This document shows positions 48,959 through 57,339 of a stretch of 64,000 nucleotides of DNA, piece by piece; position 1 is the first letter of the stretch; each line of letters opens with the position of its first letter. The stretch lies in assembly GCA_964106645.2 (NCBI GenBank), contig OZ067054.1; one strand, given 5' to 3'. Under the pieces are notes generated by a model that was not told where the DNA came from, ran no database searches, and saw only the letters and a list, made by a program, of their open reading frames with translations. A program made the position numbers and the translations under genes. This DNA is from Podarcis pityusensis (taxonomy: Eukaryota).

Positions 48959-51900
48959 ACTCTAGGGAGAGACCTTGCTGCACTCCTTGTTGCTCTTGCT
49001 GCTGCGACTGCTGATTGCTCTTAGAAGGGCCACTGTCTGCACTCTAAACAATAAACAGAGAGACTGAAGCAATCAGAGATAGTGGAGAAACCCAGAAATG
49101 TCCTGCCGGAATGAAGGATTAAGGCAGAGGGTGGTATTCAATTAAATAATTGCAGAAGCAGAATGAGTTCCACTTGCGCAAGGGAACTTCCCCTCTTCTT
49201 TTCCCAATGCCATTCGTATCCAGGGAACCTGCAGAACAGATTGAGGATGGTGGAAGTTCTGTTGCACAAGGAGATTGTGCTGATGGAATATTCCCCTTAA
49301 TGCTACTTTGATTACAACCCAGAAGGTCCACGCATCCTGCCTCATCTGCATCTTGCCCAATGAGCCCAAGGCATTCTATAATGGTGGCTAAGAAGGTTCC
49401 TTACAAAACAAGAACTGGCAGGGATGAGAACCTTCCCCATCTTCATTGTCTAGAATTTATGGTGATCACCGTGGGGCTGGGGGAGTTATGGGTGACTACT
49501 AACCACTTCTTCAAGAGAAGAAGGGTGTGGGGGAGTTTGGATATATCCAGAAAGCTAGTTCTGGGTGGGAAAGATTTAAACGTCCCACCGCTGAGGAATT
49601 CAGGACAGGAATGGGTGCAAAGGCTTTAATGCACTGGCACTGGCTTAGCTGTCTTGGGGAGCAGCTAATCTAGGAATATCCTCCATGGCGGATCACAGCT
49701 GCTACCAAAGTAGGGCAGCCAGAAAGCAACAGTCAAATCTCTTTCTTACCTCTTGAGTAACATGAACCTGCTGGAGTCCTTGCACTGCCAGCTGCTGCAC
49801 TGTGCCTGCTTTGGGAGTTGTCTGCACAACAGATCTCTGCAGAAACAAACCAGAATTTATCAGAATGCTTTGGATGGCAGAGGTGATACAAGGCCTCCTT
49901 GCCCCAAGGATAGCTGTAGTCGAGCTTGCAATACATACTGACAAGAGCAGGCCAAAGGGGACCTAACCCTAACCCTAGGACACAAAACATGCAAAGTAAT
50001 GATTTTTCTTTTTACAGAAGTCTTACAAAAATACTATTCTCACAAAAGGCCCTACAAACATATTACTTCATTTGGGTATTCCAAAGAATCTGAACACAAT
50101 TAGGAGAAACTCAACAAAGCACTCTTGTCGGCATAAGCATTTCTGTTCCAAGGCTTCTCCTGACCCTCTCCAGGCCAATTTGGGCGGGGTGGGGGAAGAG
50201 ATTCCTGTTGTACTAGGACAGTGATGGTCAAACTTGGCCCTCCAGCTGTTTTGGGACTACAATTCCCATCATCCCTGACCACTGGTCCTTTTAGCTAGGG
50301 ATGATGGGAGTTGTAGTCCAAAAACAGCTGGAGGGCCAAGTTTGGCCATCACTGCACTAGCAGAGGTCCTCATGTGGGCTTCCACAACTGAGATTGCTTA
50401 GTTGATTCTGGCCCATTAATTTTATATTAGTCTTATAAATCTGAATTGCACCCCAAAACATCACGTGGAAGGTTTGATTTCTGAAAACTAAATATCACAT
50501 AAATACATCAGTTTGTAGCAATGTGAAAGGGACAGTTGTTTAGAGTTACACATATCTGGCATTTGGTGTGACACCTCCACAACAAAACAAAGGTAAACTA
50601 TAGGAAAGTTCACACTACCTTATAACTGAAAGCAGTGGCTACATGGAGTGCAATAAAGATCTTGAAAGTGCTTAGAAACTGTTAACAGATGGAACTTTGA
50701 AAATCTAGTGTGAACCCTTGACAAGCTGCAGCTTTTGCTACCCGAAAATCCGATCACATTACCATGACTGGGAAGAGACCACAAGATATTGGCAAGCAAA
50801 GATACAGCACCTCTTGTGCTACAGGCACTTGCTGGACTCCGTGAACCTGGAGCTGCTGCACTTGTCCCGGTTTAGCAGCAGAGCTGCTGTTCTGGACAGG
50901 GGAACGCTGAAAGGCAAGGAAGGAGACTTTACTTTTGGGTATGGACGAAGGAGCAAGGCATAACAGCATGATGTACTACTGTCTCAGAATTCATGCTTAC
51001 TTTCTCTCCTCCTGGAGTCAGGTGGTGTCCCTCCCTCAGTCATGGTGCACTCTACTTCTAAGAAAAACTTCCACATGGTCATTATACTGCTGATGAACAT
51101 TTTATGGAAGAGAAAGGTTGTCCAGCACTACCAATTTTTATAACAAAAAAGCAGGAGGGGACACCACACGCACTGCTATATTCTTTGCTTAAGTCTGTTG
51201 GTTAGAAGAGGGGCACTGAGTTGTGCCCAACATTGGGGGGCCCGTCACACGCATCACAACATTGTGCAGCTGTCGCAGACCTCCCAAGTGTCTGTGCAGC
51301 GTCTCCCAACACTGCACAAGCAAGAAAACTTTGTGCCAGGCCACACCGCTCCGTGCAGTGTCTCTCAAAACTGTGCAGCTGGGGTGATTTCCAGGATGGT
51401 GGAGGACCGTGGACAAAGGTAGGAGGGAGGAAGCAGACAGGCGAGAAAGGGCTCAGCCTCCTCAAGATGGGGGGGGGGGTTTCAGCCCCATCCCAACAGA
51501 TATGGGGGGGGGCTGAAGACGCCTCAGCTTTATAGAGTTGGTGCCTATGGAGGTCAGAGATCAAATATTCTAAGTAACTTGCATTTTTTCCCAGGTTACA
51601 TATGGTGCTATCTACAAAAATGACAGAATGAACATAAACTGGATATTGAAAAATGGCAACACACAGAAACCAGTCCAGTCTCAGTCTCCTGGGACATTAA
51701 TTGTCTAACCTGTATATTGAAGCAAAGGATGCTTTACGGAAACAACAGAATATAATGCTGCTAAATGATCACAGCCTGGGCACAGTAACACACACGCACG
51801 CACGCAAACACACTTGACGCAAAATAGGCATGTTGTCTTTTCTGGCGATCACTCGTAGTCAAGTAAGATTGTCTTCCATGAATATGGTCTTAACAGTGTG

Positions 51901-54900
51901 TCCGTAAGTGACTGTGGAGGCCAATTCTAGGGAGCGGGTGGCACTGTGGTCTAAACCATTGAGCCTCTTGGGCTTGCCGATCAGAAGGTCGGCAGCTTGA
52001 GTCTGTGTAACGGGGTGAGCCCCTGCTTTGTTCCAGCTTCTACCCACCTAGCAGTTCAAAAGCATACCAACATAAGGAGATAAATAGGTACCGCTGCAGT
52101 GGGAAAATAAACAGTGTTTCTGTGTGCTCTGGCTTCCATCATGGTGTTCCATTGCCCCAGAAGCGGTTTAGTCGTGCTGGCCACATGACCCAGAAAGCTG
52201 TCTGCAGACAAACACTGGCTCCCTCGGCCTGAAGCGAGATGAGTGCTGTACCACACAGTCAGGTTTGACTGGACTTAACCGTCCAGGGATCCTTTACCGT
52301 TACCTAGCAGGCATGTGGTAGGGCTGTAACCCTTCAAGTAATCTGTCAATTTCTTTAGGCCACAGTAACTGAAATTCATCCTACAGCCCTAGAACAGCCT
52401 ACCCCAACCTCCCCACCCCCAATATCTTGAACTACAATTCCCATCAGTCCCAGTGAACACAGATGAAGGGGCTTGTAGTCTGCAACACCTGCAGGGAACC
52501 AGGCTGAGGAAGGCTCATCTAGACAAGCTGATCTGTAAGCTAGAGGAGTCCACATTAAAGCAGATACAATCAACTTAATCCTCAAAGTGGCTAACAAATA
52601 TGATACAGCAGGTTTCCAAGGGTTCTGATGTCACCCTGTGGGCCAACTTCAAGTAGGCTCCCAAATCACTTGGAAAAGCCCCACTGGATGCAACTGTGAC
52701 AAAAATTTTGTGTTTTCAGTGCCACCACAAAGTGGGCTCACTAATTATCTCTTTTTGATCAGATTTGCACTGAGATTTATGCTGTGCACATCCTAGTAAT
52801 CTTTCATCTTGCCTCATTGCTCCTACCTCACTGGTAAGCCAGGGAGCAGACTGAGCTCTGTGATGTGTGAGAGGATGCTTAGGAGCAACTGAGGTTGGAT
52901 AAGAACCCATTGCCAGGTAATGAGAAGATGTTCCCAGGTCTCACAGAATATGATAGTCACAAGGGAGCTTAGGAGGAAACTGGAAATGGGCATCAACTGT
53001 GGAGGAACCAGGAAGTAGCTGATGAAGAAAAGAAGTATCGGACTGATCAGGCAGATAAATAAATGAGCAACATCATTCAACACAGTGAAGGCAAAACTAG
53101 GCTTTCTTTGACTCATGGCGGATGGAACATCTGAACAGGCTTTCCAAACATCTGGCCACCCACCTCAGGTGAAGAGTGGACCTGCTGCACACCATGGACG
53201 GCCAGCGCAACAGCTCCTCCTTTACTAGCCTGTGAAGTACTCTGTACCACCAGCCGCTGAAACAGGATGACATAAAAGAAGCAAGCCCTGGTTAATTACC
53301 GTATCTCCAGGAGACTGTTCAGAAGCTACTGACCAGTGGGCTACCAAAGAACTGCTCACCAACCAAACACACACACTTGGTGAATTATAATATGAGCAAT
53401 TTTTTACTAGCTACCTTTCACATAGGCAATTACCTTCCTACCCCACCCTGCACTACTCACTGTCATTTCCTTACTCAGTTGTCAAGGCAGCCATACCAGC
53501 TAAGAGAAGGGTTGTTGTTGTTTTTTGTTGTTTTTTAAAGAAAGAGATTCAGGAAAGCCTGTTGAGAGGATCAAACAAAACATGGAACCGCCTCCTCAAG
53601 TGGGATGCTCTGCAATCAACCACTTCCGGTTTGCCACCAAGGGGAAAGGAAGCCGGGATCACTATTGCAGTGAACTGGCTGCTGTTTTTGGAGTTTTGGG
53701 GTGGCTCGTAGGCAGCGAGAGCCCCAAAGAAGGTCCTGGGGATGACCAGGACGTCAAAGGTTCCCGCTGAGACCAAAAGGGAGCTCCCAACGGGTCTGAT
53801 GATATTATGTGCTTGTAAGCATCTTTAGAGATGGGTTAAAAGCTCTGAAAACAAGAACTGAGGATTCCCTTGGCCAGACAAATATAGGTTAAGTGTTACT
53901 ACTTTTTAAAAAACATTCTATTTCTACTTTTGTACTTCTTGAATACTATGTAAACTCTTATTTCCTTAAATTAATGTAGTGGATTCTCATCTCCTTTTGA
54001 CTCCCTTAAACTGCTTTAAACCCTCCAGGAACTTCTAGGCCTGGTGCAGATGTGATGCCACAGAGGAATGCAGAAAGTGTATGGCATCACAATTATGTGT
54101 ATTCTACATATATCTTGTCCAAAATATATCATGTCCATAAATATAGATAACTGATAACAATGTTAGTCATTATGCCTGGATTGGGACAGGAATATTTTAT
54201 GAAAAATCACTGAAGGTTTATATTATAAACTTCACAACAAAACCTTTTTAAAGTGTAAATCTTACCATTATATAATACTGATTTGTTACAATTGTTTCCT
54301 GCCCTTCTTCCAATGAGATCAGCACAGCACACATATGTCATTTCTATTATTCTAAGGACATTGTAAGCATAACATACAATTCACTAGCAGGATTTCACTG
54401 GTTAATAAACAGGCTTACTAAAAGGGCAAGATTATTAAGGTTGCTACTACTGCCTGTTTAACTTTTATATGTTCATATTATTATTTTATACTATTCTAAT
54501 GATTGTTGAATGTTACTTTTTTGATGGAGGTTGCCTATTTTAAAGTTATGTTTTATTAGCACATTTTTGTATTGCATTAGATTGTTATAAGATGTACATT
54601 TTTTGTTTCTTCAGCTTGTAAACCGCCTTGAGTATTGTAAGATAGAAAGGTGGTATACAAATTAAAAATGATGAAAATTATGATGATGATGCCTGGTGCC
54701 TGGTATGACACTGGAAAGATTCAACCAACTAGCCAAGTGAACTATGGCAAAGATACCAGAAGGTTTAGAATGCAAAAGTGACAAAGAAGCGTTGAAAAAT
54801 AATGCCCTTGTCAGGGAAGGCACCTAGACTCAAATTCAAATATGTACAAAGCTAGCACACATAATGAAAGCCAGTTGGCAGCAGCCTCTTAAGATTAGGA

Positions 54901-57339
54901 GAAGCGTGTAAACTGAAGGTGAACATCAAGATGTTGTCTTTAAAGAAACAGTCATTTTTTGGCAGTGGAAAGTATTTCCACCAAAGACTGTACCTAGATA
55001 TCATCTCATGCAATGGCACCACACATTTTTAAGATGCTTCAGGTGAACACAGAGAGAAAGCATCAAATAAAATTTATGTATTCTCTCTCCCATCTTTATC
55101 TACACACACACAATCATATCACTCATCCTTCCAAATACAGAAAAGAAGAGCAAATGAAGTCTTTGGACAGGCTCAAAAATACCCAGATTGTCACCCAACA
55201 CATCCAAAACACAGGTGACTAGGGTACATGAGCCCTGCTGCACTTAAAAGCTTAACCCAACCTCTTCCAGGGTCCAAGCCAATACAGCCTGTTGCCTGGG
55301 TCAATTTTTTTACACTCCAACTGTTGCAACAGGTCAGGTCCCAAAGCATGAATGCAGCCAATCCACTACACCTCTTTGATAGGAGATTCCCTGAGCACCT
55401 TAGCAGAAGTACACACTATCCAACTGCTCATTTATCAATTATTAAGATTGTTTTTGCCATAAAGCGGCCTACTTCAGTGCAAGAAGACAGAACCGATAGC
55501 CCTGAAAGACACATACAGTACAAATCTTACATCATGTTTTGGTAAATCTCACCATCACCACAAACAAGATGTACTGCTACCCCCACCTGCCACACTGTTC
55601 TGGGGCTTCTCCTGACCACCCTAGAGCCAGTTTCAGGGGGTTCCAGGTCGCAAGGAAGCGGAAGGGAAAGTCCTATTGCACAAATGGAAGCTCTCAGGCA
55701 GGGTTTGAACTGACAGGACTTGTTTGGTGAATCCCACCCTGAGTGAGTCCCATGCAGAATCATTAGTGGGATGACCACAAGGTTGAAGTTTCAACTAAAA
55801 GTACATAATTTTTAAGAGCTGGGAAGGGCTAAATGGATTATCAAGAACCACCACTCACCCTAATGTTTGACAGTGGAACAAACTCCCTTGGGAGGCGGGA
55901 GGCTCTCCTCCCTTGGAGGTTTTTAAGCAGAGGCTGGATGACCATCTGTCATGGACGCTATAGATGTGATTCCTGCATTGCCTGGGGTTGGACTAGATGT
56001 CCCTTCAAACTCTACAATTCTATGATTCTAATAGATTCTATACACAGGTGACTATAGAACTGTAGAGATGGAAGCGACAACAAGGGTTGTGGAGCCCACT
56101 CCCTTGCAATGCAGGAATCTCAACTAAAGAATCCACGGCAGATGGCCACTCAACCTCTGCTTAAAAACCTCCAAGGAAGGAGAGATTTCTCCAGTGAAGG
56201 AGAAAACCATCAAATAAGGATTCCCTCAACAGAAATACTGGAAACCGTAGTTCTGCAAGAGGTCTATGGGTGTCTAATATAGAAATCCTAGCAACCTAAT
56301 AAAACAATTCACCCTTGGCAAAGATTATGCTACTTTACAGCTATCTGAGTTAGTAGTACACAGGTCCCCTATTTCTCATGACAATAAGCTGCAACAGCTA
56401 GAATATATTCTCAGGACAACATCTGTATCACTCAGTTGCAGACACAGCAGGCAGGCAGGCCACTGGGCAGAGGTATGTGCTTTAAAACTGCACCAATTAC
56501 TTGTGGCAGCGTCACAGAGAAAGTTCAGACTCACCTGCTGGGGTACTTGTACACTTGTGAGCTGTAGAGGTGATACCGTTCCAGGCTTCGTCTGCACACT
56601 AGCTTGGACCAATAACCTCTGCCAAAACAAAAACAAACTAGCCAAGGATCAAGGCAAACAAAGGCAATTCACAGGAAACATTTTATCTGCTGCCAGTTTC
56701 ACCAGCATTCCCCCTCAAAGATAGCAAGGCTCACTGTAAAGTCCACAAAGCACTGATATTTGCATTTAGCACAGGGGGATAATGATCCTGGCTGGGTGAA
56801 GAACCTTTGCTATTGGTTTCTTATACACAATTTCAGGAAAAGAATATAGGTGCTCTTACTTACAAACCTCCCACCCTACCTACATGACCGTGTCCGTCTT
56901 TTGCTAAAGACTTTGCACCCCTCTTCCAACCCATATAACTGAGAACAAAACACAGAACTACCTACTTCTCTGATCCACAAAACAAACCCACTTGTTCTGG
57001 TTTCCAGGACCCTTCCCCTGCTCTTACAAACGATATCCCATTCTATAGTTATGGAACCCAAGAACTTTATTCACAGCTCTCCTCACCTTTTATTCTAATA
57101 CCACTAATTCAGAGGTATCTGTACTTTTAAAATGTCAAAGTAGTCCTGGTTAAGAGAGCAGCCCCATCTGCTTCCTTACAGGGTGGCCATTGTTGAACTA
57201 ACCACAGAAACTATGGTTGAGCTACATACCTGCTGAGTAGCCTGGACTTGCTGGACCACCTGAGTTGGCACCCCTGACTGTGTGGCTGTGGAGCCTGGAC
57301 TGGACTCTGAAACTGTGTCACTGGGCCTCATGGAGCTTT
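32220..57339 (-). CDS. RFX1: RFX1 (regulatory factor X1), 5'-partial gene, coding exons 3-21: complement(join(32220..32386,34003..34048,34812..34965,35308..35516,36635..36784,37107..37204,37528..37679,38705..38814,41148..41266,41877..41992,42495..42614,43243..43424,45626..45992,47173..47267,49750..49836,50811..50906,53164..53256,56535..56618,57230..57339))
   Basis: Contains the RFX winged-helix DBD ([22 protein letters not shown]...[16 protein letters not shown]), the dimerisation region, and the RFX1-type Q-rich N-terminus, poly-Gly and acidic tail ending FVQALPSS*. All introns are GT-AG and phases are consistent (2555 nt). Confidence 0.97.
33088..33134. repeat. (TTCC)n microsatellite
   Basis: About 11 units. 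Confidence 0.95.
34003..34048 (-). CDS. RFX1: RFX1 exon 20 (46 nt)
   Basis: ttttaag|TTT GCA AAC...AAA G|gtatcg; [15 protein letters not shown]. Confidence 0.93.
34812..34965 (-). CDS. RFX1: RFX1 exon 19
   Basis: [51 protein letters not shown]. Confidence 0.96.
35308..35516 (-). CDS. RFX1: RFX1 exon 18
   Basis: [69 protein letters not shown]. Confidence 0.96.
36635..36784 (-). CDS. RFX1: RFX1 exon 17
   Basis: [50 protein letters not shown]. Confidence 0.96.
37107..37204 (-). CDS. RFX1: RFX1 exon 16
   Basis: [32 protein letters not shown]. Confidence 0.96.
37528..37679 (-). CDS. RFX1: RFX1 exon 15
   Basis: [50 protein letters not shown]. Confidence 0.95.
38705..38814 (-). CDS. RFX1: RFX1 exon 14
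   Basis: [36 protein letters not shown]. Confidence 0.95.
38898..39156. mobile_element. Tc1/mariner (Tc2/pogo-like) MITE
   Basis: 23-bp TIR CCG(C/T)ATTTTT(C/T)GCTCTATAAGAC, TA on both sides. Confidence 0.88.
39775..40235 (+). mobile_element. Degenerate L2 LINE 3' fragment
   Basis: [22 protein letters not shown]...[19 protein letters not shown] resembles the L2 C-terminus. Confidence 0.7.
41148..41266 (-). CDS. RFX1: RFX1 exon 13
   Basis: [39 protein letters not shown]. Confidence 0.95.
41877..41992 (-). CDS. RFX1: RFX1 exon 12
   Basis: [38 protein letters not shown]. Confidence 0.95.
42495..42614 (-). CDS. RFX1: RFX1 exon 11
   Basis: [39 protein letters not shown]. Confidence 0.96.
43243..43424 (-). 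CDS. RFX1: RFX1 exon 10 (DNA-binding domain)
   Basis: [60 protein letters not shown]. Confidence 0.97.
43677..44017 (-). mobile_element. Sauria SINE
   Basis: Reverse complement of the 4017 family (aggtaaagggacccctgacc...aacccacagcgcc). Confidence 0.9.
44575..44711. mobile_element. hAT-type palindromic MITE
   Basis: cagagatggggaa...ttccccacctctg termini; internal ttcccat / atggga arms. Confidence 0.7.
45058..45096. repeat. (AAT)n microsatellite
   Basis: About 13 units. Confidence 0.95.
45626..45992 (-). CDS. RFX1: RFX1 exon 9 (poly-Gly)
   Basis: [15 protein letters not shown]...[28 protein letters not shown]; tttcag / gtaagt. Confidence 0.95.
46492..46849 (-). mobile_element. Sauria SINE (second subfamily)
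   Basis: Reverse-complement match to 51930-52305. Confidence 0.88.
47173..47267 (-). CDS. RFX1: RFX1 exon 8
   Basis: [31 protein letters not shown]; tctcag / gtgagt. Confidence 0.95.
48672..49043 (-). CDS. RFX1: Candidate RFX1 alternative cassette exon (124 aa, phase 0-0) in intron 7
   Basis: tctctctgtttattgtttag|AGT...CTT AAA|gtaggt, with an alternative in-frame donor CAG|gtgcta ending the exon at 48708. Open frame [20 protein letters not shown]...[21 protein letters not shown] is in phase with exons 7 and 8. Confidence 0.65.
49750..49836 (-). CDS. RFX1: RFX1 exon 7
   Basis: [29 protein letters not shown]; ctgcag / gtaaga. Confidence 0.93.
50219..50354. mobile_element. hAT-type near-perfect palindromic MITE
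   Basis: cagtgatggtcaaacttggccctccagctgttttgggactacaattcccatcatccct pairs almost perfectly with the right arm; 8-bp flanks tactagga / cactagca. Confidence 0.88.
50811..50906 (-). CDS. RFX1: RFX1 exon 6
   Basis: [32 protein letters not shown]; tttcag / gtgctg. Confidence 0.9.
51930..52305 (+). mobile_element. Sauria SINE (second subfamily)
   Basis: gggagcgggtggcactgtgg head, agataaataggtacc core, cctttaccgttacct tail. Confidence 0.88.
53164..53256 (-). CDS. RFX1: RFX1 exon 5
   Basis: [31 protein letters not shown]; tttcag / gtgggt. Confidence 0.9.
55889..56040 (+). mobile_element. CR1 LINE 3' end
   Basis: tcccttggaggtttttaagcagaggctggat...ggttggactagatg...ttctatgattcta. Confidence 0.85.
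56053..56185 (-). mobile_element. CR1 LINE 3' end (inverted)
   Basis: atagaactgtagagatggaag...cctctgcttaaaaacctccaaggaaggaga is the reverse complement of the adjacent copy. Confidence 0.8.
56535..56618 (-). CDS. RFX1: RFX1 exon 4
   Basis: [28 protein letters not shown]; phase 0-0, ggcag / gtgagt. Confidence 0.93.
57230..57339 (-). CDS. RFX1: RFX1 exon 3
   Basis: ctacag|AA...CAG|gtatg; [36 protein letters not shown]. Confidence 0.93.

Noticed and set aside
48739-49024. Stand-alone poly-Gln ORF (48739-48960, -) and poly-Cys ORF (48767-49024, +)
   Set aside because: Alternative frames of the triplet repeat. Only the poly-Ser frame fits the splice sites and the RFX1 phase.
51833-51929. Possible RTE-type LINE 3' remnant next to the Sauria SINE
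   Set aside because: Under 100 nt and recognised only by vague resemblance; cannot be classified without a repeat-library search.
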